A stretch of 63,985 nucleotides of DNA, counting the filler, from Choristocarpus tenellus KU-1152 (taxonomy: Eukaryota > Protista > Phaeophyceae), in NCBI GenBank assembly GCA_964200185.2. It is 7 parts of 7 records of this genome, joined end to end, with 100 filler letters (N's around TTAATTAATTAA, not from the genome) between each part and the next. Parts side by side here need not be neighbours in the genome. Positions count along the whole stretch, not along the records: positions 48,557 to 58,611 come from CAXNAD020003182.1; positions 58,712 to 61,322 come from CAXNAD020026293.1; positions 61,423 to 63,985 come from CAXNAD020026749.1; 4 more parts are not named here. One strand, given 5' to 3'. Positions 52,222 through 63,985 of this stretch are shown here, one piece after another. Under the pieces are notes generated by a model. The model ran no database searches. It worked only from the letters and a program-made list of their open reading frames with translations, and was not told where the DNA came from. Made by a program: the position numbers and the translations under genes. Positions within the stretch are counted from its first letter, which is position 1. Every line of letters starts with the position of its first letter.

Positions 52222-54130
52222 CAATAGATACTCTATAATAGCGAAATATTATGTAGTCCACAGCACTAATTGAAGAAGTGAAAATTCGAATATTTCATGT
52301 TAAGATACCTCTCTTGTTCATGGTCCTAGTACTCCTTGGAGTCAACGTCCAATTCAATAGAGATACTGTACGATACTCAGGAGTACAGTACTAATGAAAT
52401 GAGGATTTAGACAAGTATTTGCCTGCGGGCCACTTGCCACTGTGTGCAGTAGCTGCAGTTGTGATGTCCTAGTAGTACTGTTTCACACTGATGAATGGTT
52501 CTGGAAATTACGAACCTGTCCAAGTATGTGGTAGATAACCTATACACACTTAGCAGGGGTCTAGAGCTCGCGGTTTCCACTATTTTTCGGTTGAAGGGGG
52601 TCGAATATGATCCTTACATCCTTAAACTATGCTCAAAAGCTGAGACCCACCAACCACGAAGACTGAACCGATCGAATATACTAGTGCATCTCAAGTCCTT
52701 TCTCCATTCTTATTACGTTATTATTACTCATTCCTCTCCTCCAGTTGACTTCAGCCAATAATTTCTGTATTGGTCCCAAAGTTTAGAGCATATAAGGTAC
52801 GTCATAAATCAGTGCATCACTCATCAGCAAACACCAGCGAACAGGAGGGTTCCCAGAAATCCTTGTCAGGTCTTCAATCAAACCAACCCACAAAAAAAGT
52901 AGCGGGTCGTACTATTTGTGTCGTAAGAACATCAATACTACTAGTACCAGTAGTCCTCTACTACTAGTAGTAGGTAGTAATTATGTTAATGATAATAATA
53001 ATGATGATAATAATAGCAATAATAATATAATTGTGTGTGTGTTTATCGTATTTATTTGGTTGTTTGTTGTCACTGTAACGCATCCTCCACTGATGCTTGC
53101 GAATTATCTCATTTCAAATTATGTGCTTTCCCTGCCTGGGATGACCAAAATTCTTACGTTTCTCCACCCCAATTCTGTCCTCCTTTCCTTTTCCTTGGTT
53201 GCAGACTTTGTGACGATTGATGGCGCATGATCTATGGACGGTTGGTTGTTTCACAAGGCAAGGTGTGATACATGTCCTACGCACAGATAGACCTCGTGGT
53301 GTGTCCCAAGGTAGCTTTGCCACGAGGTTTGCAACTGTTCTATAGCATCATCAGCAGCATTCTATCATCAGTCACCGTCTCGAGCTGCAATCTTGCGATC
53401 AATGGTGATGATGGGTCGACTCCAAATATTGCTCACTCAGGGTATTCCATCTATGTTATTTCTCGATCATCCCAAAATGGAACAAAGGAACCTATCTCAA
53501 CGCAATAATACTGCTATTAATACTAATACTGAATAAATTATAATGACTGAATGGTCTCTGCATACATAGATGCACGGGAAGGACTGGATGACCTTGCTTC
53601 CTGGAGTCTAACGAACAGGCTCTATTACTACTACTACTAATTCTTCGAGGCACTCATGTCCTCGTATTGTAAACAAGACAAGGACTTTCCTTCTCTTCCA
53701 ACAGTCAAAACATTTCAATTCTCAGACACGTTCTTGTCCGTGTGCCAGGCCCCTACATTAGCGCTGTTGGTATCTTGACGATATTTTACAAGCCAAATAC
53801 AGTACGTGCATTCACGTATGATAGCAACAGTAGAACTTGACCTGTTGGCAAATACTGTGTACAAGGTATTACTTTGTAGTATTAACACTCTCAGATACTG
53901 TACTTAGAAATTGACACGAGGAAAAAGACAAAACAAAGACCAGATGGGACTGCACCCCCCCAAACCATAAACAGAGTTCCGCCAATGCTACATACAGTAG
54001 AACTGACACGGCAAAGGTCTTCTTCTACTCTGTTTTATTTTATTGTTCTCCTGTACAAAAGGTACATACAGCAAAAAGTCTGCAACATGTTGTGGGCCAC
54101 ATACTTGAAAAAACACCCATCCACGGCATA

Positions 54131-54268
54131 GATCCATTTGGGCCATAATCAGGAAAAGTGCATTTACACTATCCATCCAACGTACGCATCCAAATCACCC
54201 AAAAATAGTGACATGAAAAAATGCCCCCAAATGGACAGCCGCCACCCCCCCCCCAGATACTTTGAGCC
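54131..54268 (-). mobile_element. MITE family B copy, one end truncated
   Basis: CCCCAAATGGACAGCCGCCACCCCCCCCCCAGATACTTTGAGCC terminus. Confidence 0.88.
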
Positions 54269-54319
54269 AAACCGTGATCATTGCAGTCAACGCCCGCCCA
54301 GATTCGGCTCACAGCTTTG

Positions 54320-54930
54320 ATGGAAAGCTTGGTGGTTGATGGGTGTGTGCACCAAGAACGGCAGGCAGGACTAGCAAGAACTATAAAAAGGGGGATGTGT
54401 ATGAGCAGAATTGTACTTTAGATCATTTGTGTTACAAGAAGTGATACACAGAGGAATTACTGCATGTAATCAAGACCAAGATGCCTTGGTTGCAGGGTAA
54501 GCACGTTGTCGTTCAGCAAGACGGTAACACCCCCAACACGGGTAAGGGCAACTCAGAAACCTTGTCAGGAGCAGGGAAGACTGAGGATTGGTCGGTTAGG
54601 CTTGTGACACAGCCATCTAACTCCCCCGACCTCATTATCATGGACCTGTACTTCTTCAGGTCTTTGAAATACTGGGTTTTAGGGGAGTGGTTTGGGTCCG
54701 TCGAGGAGATGGTGAAGGTCATTAAGAAACAGTATGAGGAGTACGATGAAACCTCACTTGAGAGGGCCTGGCAGCTCCTTTTTGTGGTGTACAATCAAGC
54801 ACTTAGATACAAAAGGGGAAATGACTTCAGTGTGGAGCACACAGGGGTAAGGAAGAGACTTTTGTCAGGTGAGCTTGAAAACACACCGAAGGTAGACATG
54901 GAGACTTTTTCTGTGGCTGATAAAATTGTG
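54320..54930 (+). mobile_element. Tc1/mariner transposase pseudogene, C-terminal catalytic half
   Basis: ORF 54481-55074: VVVQQDGNTP..QPSNSPDLIIMDLYFFRSLK..GNDFSVEH; in-frame stops upstream. Confidence 0.9.
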
Positions 54931-55496
54931 ATGGATGGGGAAGTAATAATAATAAAAAGAGCTGACCCTAACCAGAAACTCATTAAGGATTCCAAATCTT
55001 CTTTCAGAAGTGAATTTCATCAACATCTTCAAAAGTTATGGACAACGCAGCACAGACTCATGGCACAGAGGTAGTAATAGGCTGCTCCTTAGAGAATGCT
55101 TGGCGCAGTTTGTATTGCCACGCTGGCCTCCTGTGAAGTGTTGGGCTGGTCAATAATGATGGGGGTATATAAACAAATGATGCACCAAGTACTATTGATA
55201 CTACTTACTCTTGTTAGTGATGACCACCTGGGCTGGTGTTTGTACTGAAAAGAAATTACAATAATGTCGTTTCGTAAACGTTTCGTACAAGCACGTAGCC
55301 AGTGCTAACTTCAATGAGAAAAGCAAGTCCTTGCCACCATTTTCACAATACTGCACGTGCGACTCGACTCCCCTCTCTCGACAGAGCAACCCACCCTGAC
55401 AAAATCCTTGGAACTACCACGAAGTGAGTACGTTTTGTGCTCATGGCGGCAAGGTGCGTGCGTCTTGCGGTGGCGACCTGGAGTCTATTCAAGAAA

Positions 55497-56982
55497 ATGT
55501 TGAGGCTCGATGGGACGGAAGAGCCGCCGATAACGCCCGAAAGGATAGAACCGGCTCCTGCTTCGGCAGTCGTGGGCGAGGCCCAGGGCCAGGAGCACTG
55601 GGACAGTGGGATATTTGCGAAGCTCGTCGCCATTGAGGGGTTCCATATGGAGCGGGTAAGCACCCGCCAGGTTCTCAACTCAGGCTTTCACGCTTCCACC
55701 ATTGCAGCATTCTATCTGACTTTGACCATCCCAAAGTTGGCATGGCGAGATAAATACTACATCTCTCTCTCTCTCTCTATATATATATAAATCTATATAT
55801 TTATCTTTATCTTTCCTACCCACCGCATCACACTGGCAGGACATACCCAGAGGCTCGAGAGCCATCTGCTTGGAGGCCACTCTCATGACAGAAGTGGCCG
55901 GCAAGCTCGAGGAGGGAGATAGACAAGTGAAATCAACAAGAGATGGGGGCAGGAGATTCACGTGGCTCCCGGGGGAGAACATGATCTTTATAGTAAGTCC
56001 GCAGCCTTCACTACGAGGGCTTAGATGCTCTGACTGATTTGTTTCCGATATTTCGACGTTCGTTAATGCCTGAGCGTCACGTAACACTTCGGTCTGTAGA
56101 GCTCTGATCACTAACAACGGCAGGGAATGCTTGGTTTGTCTACCTCGTCCATTGACTGATTTCATCTCCTCGAGCCTTGCAGGTTCCGTGTATGGGTACG
56201 AACCATTTGCTCGTAAGACTTTACGACACAATGGAGCCAAACTGGTTCCCACTTGCAGAGGTTACGGTGCCAGTGCCACCGGGTCGGAGAGATGGAGTAT
56301 TCGACCTTTCCAACAAACCAAACCTGGCGAGTTTGCTATTACTTTCCATACTCAAAACAACAGCAGCATCGTAGAGAGTTTGAACCTGCTCTCTGACCTA
56401 TTGCAGTATCATTAGGTGTAGAGCTCTACATCCACCAGCCAAGATGTGGAAGGCTACTCCATGCCAAGTCGGGGAGCTACCTACAGTTGTATCGTGACCT
56501 AGTCTTTTTGTAGTATTTGCTGCACCACAGTCATCAAGTTCCCCCTCTCTTCCCCTCCCCTCTCCTCGCCTGTTTTGTTCATATACCAGATGCCCCGGCA
56601 GCGTTCGCGAGCAGGAGAATCCTGCATCCTTGTAGTTATGAAAGACCTGCCAGAGGCCCGAGTCAGTGATCCCCCTGAGGGTGCGCCACAACAGCCTGTG
56701 ATATCATCATCTCCACGCACATGGGCAAGCAAGGTTAACCTGGCTCTGGTGTTCTCAGTGTTTGCCCATGTTGTTCTTCTGCTCTTTGCATCAGCCGCCC
56801 TCAGTTGTGGCGATGGAAAGTGTGGAATCACTACCATCGGTAGTGTGGCCTTGCCCACTGCAACCCAGAAAGCCGGTGAGAAGCTACTGGTGCCGCCAGC
56901 CATGCCACTCGAAGAAGGAAGTTCACGGCGTGAGAAGCGCACGACTTCTCCGTTTGTAGTCTGGGGACGGGGGTTGATTGTG
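55497..56982 (+). CDS. Putative spliced gene: C2-like domain followed by a transmembrane helix (ends uncertain)
   Basis: Phase-0 exons 55497-55655, 55840-55992, 56183-56326 (GC donor), 56590-56982. VKST..FTWLPGENMIFIVP..HLLVRLYD..LAEVTVPV is C2-like; LALVFSVFAHVVLLLFASAAL is hydrophobic. A further exon may start near 57266. Confidence 0.5.
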
Positions 56983-57978
56983 GTGAGTTACAAGGGAAAA
57001 ATACTGACCAAACCCACTGAGTGCATACCCCAGAATATACATATTTATACACACATATATGTATCTGTGTGCGTGTTTGTGTATGCACATACATACTCAG
57101 TATGCCTTGTTTCCATCTGACTGGTTATATCTCAGGGCTGAGATGGGGGAGAGGCCATGACGAGAAGCATAGGTAGCAACAAGAGTCGCATTGGTCCCTT
57201 CAATGAGTCACTCAGTAGCTTGGTTGCTCACAATACTTGTTTTGTTTGTTTTGTTGGAAAGACAGGAGGTATTCGCAACGGGGGTAGTAATACCCTGCCT
57301 GCTCTGTGTTATTCTGGAACGAGCTTGTCTCAATTCCCCTACCCACCACCGTACTTCAGTCATCCCTACCTACCCTCACACAAACTACACACAAACTATA
57401 TTTTTGCCTTTGAGCAAAGGGGGGATCAAACGTCCTCTCGAGCACCTCAATGAACATGCCGTGCCCTCATGTACCTACTGCTCGATTGTATTCCTTCCCA
57501 CCCACCTGCTATTATCCCTATCACTCCCATGGCAAGCGAAACATGGAGAAGGAAAGTCAGAAGGCCACCCATTCCAACTCACCAGCTACAGAAGTTATGG
57601 TATTCACTCTTGATGAGGCCTCTGCCAAACCGTCAAGGGCTGTTACACCTAGGGGCGTATCGATTGTACCCTCACTGTCCAAGGAGGGAAAAGAGGGAAA
57701 GAAGAAGAACATAAAGGAAGATTGCAAGAGAAGATGGGGTTCATGTTTTGAATTCTACGACTGGGAGTGAATCTTCTGATCCATGCGCACATAAAGCTTC
57801 TATAGAGTTTGCTCCTTCTCCATTTCTTGGTGTATAATGGCAATACTACATAGAGCATATGTCTACTGAACATACAAACAGCACATGCCAAGTACATGCT
57901 TTGTTTGGAAGGATTATCCGCAGAGTGCTGGAATGCTGTTTGTTTTGCATTTGTAGGGGATTTTGGTGATGCAGCAGA

Positions 57979-58196
57979 CAGGGATACCCCCCTCTTCGGG
58001 AGCCACCACTGTAATATTATGTTTCACTATTTTGCATGCATCTTTCGATAACGTAACCCTAACCCTAAACCTCAACCCCATCCTAACCCTGACCCTGACC
58101 CTTACCTATACTTGTTTGCGAAACTAACCTCTAACCTTTGTTTGAACGAGTGGAAAAATATGACAGCGGTTGTTCCTCAAGACGGGGGTTCCCCTG
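57979..58196. mobile_element. MITE-like element with ~48-bp imperfect TIRs and internal TAACCC-type repeats
   Basis: CAGGGATACCCCCCTCTTCGGGAGCCACCACTGTAATATT pairs with the reverse complement of AATATGACAGCGGTTGTTCCTCAAGACGGGGGTTCCCCTG; TAACCCTAACCC..TAACCCTGACCCTGACCC lies inside. Confidence 0.75.
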
Positions 58197-58611
58197 TGCA
58201 CCTCAGTGATCCATTGAGAATATGACAAAATATCTAGATCGGCAGTGACCACCAGACGCCTTTGTCTTGTTTCTGGGCAGCATACTCACAACACGGGATG
58301 TCTTATTTTAGTTGACTTTCAAAATGCTCGAGTTATGATAGATGTGGAGAGAGGCTTGACTCAATTCAGTCTAGCGACATGGGATAGATACTGCCCATTT
58401 GTATCCTGGGATGACTTGCATGTGATGCAGTACAATGGCAGTGGTTTGTTGCCCTTGCTTGCTGTATCAATATACACTTAGGAAGCATGGCACCCCGCAA
58501 GGATTGGCTCCAGCTACCCAGCCAAGACAAACTGGTCTGCTGCACATGAACACCCTCATAAACAACCTCTCCCCCTCAAGTGATGACTTCAAAAGAGGAT
58601 CAACGCATCAC

Positions 58612-58711
58612 NNNNNNNNNNNNNNNNNNNNNNNNNNNNNNNNNNNNNNNNNNNNTTAATTAATTAANNNNNNNNNNNNNNNNNNNNNNNNNNNNNNNNN
58701 NNNNNNNNNNN
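58612..58711. other. Assembly spacer
   Basis: N44-TTAATTAATTAA-N44. Confidence 0.99.
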
Positions 58712-59780
58712 TTCCGCGCACCATTTTGGGTCAAACTCATCCTCCATAGTATGCTCCATCCTCAATTTTGGTGAGAGCCTGTTATTGCCACCAACATTGT
58801 ATTTGCGCAGTAACCGCATCGGGGTTTTTGCGGGGAATTCAGCCATCCGCTTCATGTTTGTACCATTTGAGTTTGTGACCATCAAATTTGCGGCAGAGAT
58901 GTTCCTCCACGTTTTTGCCATTCTTTGATTGGAGCATAGCTCCCGTTCACTGAAGTTAGTATATATCTGCATTCAAATATTCAACACCCCTTTGCATAAG
59001 CTTTCATTTGATAGGTATATTGCTGCATATCTCTTGTGGCAATACAATGAACAAAAACAAGACTGCTCCAGAGGGGTAAACTACTGGCACCACTTTACTA
59101 CATATTTTGATAGAGTTAGGACAACTGTATATATGTTTTGGAACATTGCTTATCGATATATATATATCCAATCTTAGTGGTCTGGCGCTGTTTGCTGTTT
59201 AACCTTCTGTTAACGTATTGTTCCCAGTGCAAAAAAAGTTCTCTATTTGCGAGGGAGTGGAATGTTTTGGCAATCGTCTGGTCAAAAGTGCATTGATTGA
59301 CTACCTTGTTCATGCTACTCGATAAGACAGCATGAGGATGTTGTTCAAGGATTATGTGGACTATTGAGATAAGTACATATTTTCGTCGGACCCTCCAACG
59401 CGTGGATACGTTGGTGATGGGAATTGCGAAAGATCCACACTTCAACTATCAAGCCAAGCAGAAGGATTGAGGTGGGAGTGTGGCCTGCACTCCATTTATA
59501 TTGCTGCTGAGTGTTCATACCTGTTACTTTGACAAGCATTTTGTGAAGATGATCTTTCTTTCTCTCCTGGGTATCCCATGCAACATCCTCCTATTGTATG
59601 CTTCATCCCTGCACCTCATATGACAATAAGTTCTTTGCGCTTTGTATGCAGAATTATGTTTGTCTGCAAAATCACACAGCTTCAAACGAACATGTTGAGA
59701 CTGTTGAGTTATCACCACGATTCGGTTCAGTACTCCTGTTTCGCATTTATGACAACAATGGGCCATTTCCTTCAATCATG
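58712..59780 (-). mobile_element. Decayed DNA transposase, probably P-element/THAP9-like
   Basis: MAKTWRN..LLRKYNVGGNNRLSPKLRMEHT..F resembles the HLxKxxRN..LAPKL..H..F region of P-element transposases. Heavily frameshifted. Confidence 0.45.
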
Positions 59781-60067
59781 GCCAAAATGGGGAACTGAAG
59801 GCCTCTCACATGCACAAACTTGTGAATGGGTAACTGGGGGTGATTGGTCGGGGGAGAAATAGGATTGGGGAAATCTGACGGGGATGTGCTGGAGGGGAAG
59901 AGAAGAAGATCCGCCAAATGGAAGTCATGGCACTTACTCCAGCAGCACCACCAGGAGGAAAAGGAGGCAGGGGAAGGCTGTACTTTGTTGCAGTGAACTG
60001 TGCCTTGTGGCAGTAAACTGTGCTTGTTGCACGAGCATATCATGCTAAATGACAGTTTCACGTTTGT

Positions 60068-60326
60068 GCATGAAAGTATCTTAGAGGGTACAGGTTTTTC
60101 GCTGTTTGTCCATTTGGGGGTTGGCTTCCCACTGGTTTATAATGACATCTTACCGACTCCAAAATGTTTTGGAGTAGGTAAAATGAGTACGTTATGAAAA
60201 AGAGTGTCCAGAACAAGGGTCTTGACATCTCCTATAAACCATGACAGCCAAAATCACATCAAAATTGCAACAATAGATTTTGACCCCCAAATGGACGCGG
60301 CTCTAGCCTCTAAGGTACTTTGACTC
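60068..60326 (+). mobile_element. MITE family A, full length
   Basis: TGAAAGTATCTTAGAGGGTA ... CCTCTAAGGTACTTTGACTC; flanks TTGT/ATGT (3 of 4 match). Confidence 0.9.
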
Positions 60327-60436
60327 ATGTACAATTTTGGATGGCCTGTAGAACAAACTGTAAAAATGTATTTTATCGCACATGGTATATGGATTTTGAT
60401 TCAGATAGCAATATGATACATGACTCAGCTGGAAAT

Positions 60437-60612
60437 GGCTCAAAGTATCTGGGGGGGTGGCTGTCCATTTGGGGCCCATTTTTCCATGTCGCAATTTTTG
60501 GGTGATTTGGTTGCATGTGTCAGATGGTAATGTAAGTGCACTTCTTCTGGTTAGGGCCCGAATGGACACTCTGGTGTAGACCTCTCCCTCCCCCCCCAGA
60601 TACCTTTGAGCC
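60437..60612 (+). mobile_element. MITE family B, full length
   Basis: GGCTCAAAGTATCTGGGGGGG ... CCCCCCAGATACCTTTGAGCC; flanks AAAT/ATAT. Confidence 0.9.
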
Positions 60613-61266
60613 ATATAGTAACAGCACTCCAAGTACTCTTATGCCTTGAGCATTCGAATCTTACGATAAAGTAACACACCTGTCATGTTCCTGTCACCAA
60701 GCACTTGGGCTCTAATCGCAAATACAACCTCAAGTTTTCGGACCCTCCAATTCATCTCCGTTGTGATACCAGCTTCATCACTGATGTGCCTTCGATCAAG
60801 GTAAATAAACTTGTCAGTCTGCTTGTAACTCTAGCCCAACACCGGATCTACATGATGTCTACTGCCTTATTGGGAGGTTGAAGATACCTGGTTTCCGTGT
60901 TGACCTCCAACACGATCAGCCCGAATGAGTGCCAGCAATTGAGGGATAGGAAAGGTTGCCTTTAAGATTCCCGAGAATGGAAAGAGACCATTTTTTACAA
61001 TAGCAGAAAGAGTATTTGCTGAAATATGGTGTCACTTTGTGTGTTGAAAGGAGAAATATCAATTTTGCGTACACGATTGTGTACATAAAGCAATAAATCC
61101 GGGTGTATTGCACAGGGTAACAAAGATTACTTAGATTGCTAAATGCTCAAACCTGTCTAACCACTTAATTAGTTTGTCCCAATTACCTGACCACCTTAAC
61201 AGTCACCATCATCTCCTGATCAAACCCCCTTGTGTCTTAGACACAACATTGTATCGTCAGCATAAA

Positions 61267-61322
61267 GGCTCAAAGTATCTGGGGGGGAGAGGGGGGGGTC
61301 TACACCAGGGTGTCCATTTGGG
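61267..61322 (-). mobile_element. MITE family B terminus at contig end
   Basis: GGCTCAAAGTATCTGGGGGG..TCTACACCAGGGTGTCCATTTGGG. Confidence 0.85.
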
Positions 61323-61422
61323 NNNNNNNNNNNNNNNNNNNNNNNNNNNNNNNNNNNNNNNNNNNNTTAATTAATTAANNNNNNNNNNNNNNNNNNNNNN
61401 NNNNNNNNNNNNNNNNNNNNNN
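61323..61422. other. Assembly spacer
   Basis: N44-TTAATTAATTAA-N44. Confidence 0.99.
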
Positions 61423-63590
61423 TTCCCAGGATCAAAGTCTGCCAGTGTGTATACCCCCTCCCTCTGGTTGGATGGCCCCATATAAAATACCTAGTGTAGA
61501 CCCGACACACACCCCACAGCAACTCCTTCCCCCGCTTAACACCACTAACACTTTTGGTTGGCAACCTTTAGACCCTACCCTCGAAGACAGGGTAGAAATA
61601 AAAGGGAAAGCAGGAGAAGAGAAGTCACCTTTCAAAAAAAGATGCACAAGTACACCAAGGCCAAAGAACAAGAAGGGTAGTGACAGAATAGTCCGAATGA
61701 GTGAGATGGTTCAACACCACCCCACTCTCAAGAGAGCAATGGCTACTCTCTCAGACGTACCAGAGCTAGTGGAGAGGCAGAAGAAAGACCCCTTCTTGGG
61801 CATATACGAGGTGTACTCGAAGGCCAAGAACACTGAAAGTCGTCGTCACTCGAATGGGGAAAAGGGAGTATAGATGTGGAGTCATATTCCTTAGATGATA
61901 AAGGAGGTACTCTGGTACACCCCTGGAGAGTATGCACACAGGCTAGTAGTTCCTCGTTCCACTAGTGTCAAACATCATAGCACTTTAGTACACGTACAGA
62001 CTAGCCACTAGGGAGTTGGACGCATAGTAGCCTTAACCCGCCGACCCTTCTTTTGGCCCTCACTCCACAAAGACACGCAGGATTATGTTTTATCCTGTGG
62101 TTGTCGCAGACGAAAGAGGACTAGGAGCGCACAAGTGGCAATGCTACCAGCCAAGTTCCTGGAACCATGGGATGTACTCGAGATGGATCTACAAGATGTA
62201 GGACACATCTCAGCAAAAGGCAACAATTATCTATTAATTGTGATTGATAGAGCTTCGAGATTCCCTTTTGAATTCCCAATGGCGTCAAAGGAAGCAACTG
62301 GAGTAGCAACAAACGTGTCAGAATTATATCTTACATTTGGGATCCTTCTGTCAATTCGTGGTGATGCAGGAGGGGAGTTCACAGGAGACATAATGAATCA
62401 CCTTTGTTGTTGGCTAAAGGTTCCTATCAATTATGGACCAACTGGCAACTCGAGAGGACAAGGTGGAGTGGAAAAGATGGGAGGTCTGCTTTTTGAAGTC
62501 CTGTCGGAACTATGTGTAAAGTGGCCAGATTGATGGGATGAGTATGTATCTCTGGCATGTTGGGCACAACGCACTACTCCAGATCCCTCTGACCCTCTCA
62601 ACCCCCCACCCCCTTCCGAGTCCTATTTGGCCGTGACCCCTGCACACAGCTAGATGCCGTCATACCGAAGTTGGATGGGGACATAGAGGTTGGAGGATTG
62701 GATTCCTTCATCGAGCAACCCAGACAGAACTTCAGCGAGGTAGGAGAAGTCCTGGAGAGAAGGGTGTCTACTAGACGGAAACAAAGAGAGAAAGTCAATG
62801 CTTTGATTGCTAGGTCTTCCCCAGGACTCGGATCCAAACCTGGTGACCTAGTTCTAGTGAAAGAAGCAGACAGCTCTACTCATGGGGAACAATTAGGCGA
62901 GACAAGAGTAGGCAGAAAGCTAGTCCATGAAAGGTGGACAGGACTGTGGAGGCTGTGAAGGAAATTTCACATCAGAGTAGTAGCATGACAGTAGAACTGC
63001 TAGGTAGGTAAACATGCACTCGTAATGTTCATGCTTCTTATGTGAAACCCTTCTATGTAAGGCCCATCCATCCGAGACATAGCTTCCAAGAGGAATATGC
63101 TCAACTAGTGTGGGAGTCGGACCTGGGTCTATCAGAGCAATCCGTGGTAGCAACCCCCTATGTACACTCTTACAGACAGGAAAGCAGTATTGTCGCCATC
63201 CAATGTATGGCACTGGGAGTACCAGGGGAAGTATCAGAATGGAGAGTTGTCGGAATGGATTACCGTGAAAGAGGCTATGGATAGCTTCACCCCACTACAG
63301 TTAGATGTCTTCCATGCTCTCTGGGACCTCTATAATCCAGACACGAGCCCACGTCCTACTGACACACCTCTCGCCAAGAAAATCATTTTCTAGAGAGGAC
63401 GCATTACGCATTTTCTCCGCAGGTACTACTTTCAAGAAGTCATGGAAAAACGAGAAGGGAAGGGATAAGTGGTACACAGGTGTAGTTTTTGACTTCAAGT
63501 CACCCTGCTGGAGGGTACGGTTTAATGATAGGGATTGAGAGGGAATGAACAAAATCGAAATGAGTCGCTTCTGCCCAAAAATGATCCAAT
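61423..63590 (+). mobile_element. Ty3/Gypsy LTR-retrotransposon integrase pseudogene with chromodomain-like C-terminus
   Basis: Decayed HHCC region (~61990-62110); rve core PWDVLEMDL..YLLIVIDRASRF..IRGDAGGEF..GGVEK; GDLVLVK..WTGLW (GPY/F-like); YTLTDRK..WEYQGKYQNGELSEWIT. Multiple stops and frameshifts. Confidence 0.9.
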
Positions 63591-63636
63591 AGGTAACCAC
63601 TATGCATCCAGAGGGCGAGGTACGTGAGGACTAACC

Positions 63637-63894
63637 GAGAGAAAGTAATTTAGAGGGTACGAGTTTTGCCCTCTTTGTCCATTTGAGGCTTGGCTTCCAA
63701 TGTTCATTTTATGACATTTTCTTACTCCAAAATGTTTCGGAGTAGGTAAGATGTATACGTTATGAAAAGTTGTGTTTGGAACAAGGATATCGGCACTTCC
63801 TACCAAACACAATAGCAAAAATTGCATCAAAATTGCAACATTGGATTTTGGTCCCCAAATGGACGCCGCTTTACCCTCTAAGATACTTTGGCTC
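63637..63894 (+). mobile_element. MITE family A, full length
   Basis: GAGAGAAAGTAATTTAGAGGGTA ... TACCCTCTAAGATACTTTGGCTC with a perfect 4-bp TSD AACC. Confidence 0.92.
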
Positions 63895-63985
63895 AACCGA
63901 TTCATGTAAGAACACAGGAATCAAATATTGACAGTCCTAGTCCCCACAGAACGTAAGACAGGAGAAGTCAGAAACATGAAGTACC

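Noticed and set aside
52067-52261. Poly-Tyr ORF
   Set aside because: Translation of the (TAA)n microsatellite.

Overview
Eukaryotic, intron-rich nuclear DNA, probably a brown-alga-like stramenopile (inferred from gene architecture and transposon types). The window is seven contigs joined by six artificial 100-nt spacers (N44-TTAATTAATTAA-N44), so adjacency across spacers is not guaranteed. I reconstructed five spliced genes by hand from splice signals and reading-phase consistency: (1) 5' exons of a Sec3/EXOC1-like gene with the PH-like N-terminal domain; (2) a complete 7-exon NmrA-like Rossmann-fold gene with an MGACVSS acylation-type N-terminus; (3) a large gene of at least 21 exons encoding about six tandem recoverin/NCS-like EF-hand modules; (4) a 3-exon RDM1-like gene (RRM plus Rad52 motif) tail-to-tail with it; (5) a C2-like/transmembrane gene with a probable GC-AG intron. 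The rest is mostly decayed transposons (Copia, Gypsy, CRE-like LINE, mariner, P-like) and at least 13 copies of two related MITE families. The most unusual signals are an AT-rich bacterial prmC/hemK fragment inside an intron of the EF-hand gene, and an intronless ORF with a ParB/Srx-type NGQHR motif that is cut by a MITE and lies next to decayed PHD-like and Ulp1-like sequence. No database searches were run; all family calls rest on motif recognition.
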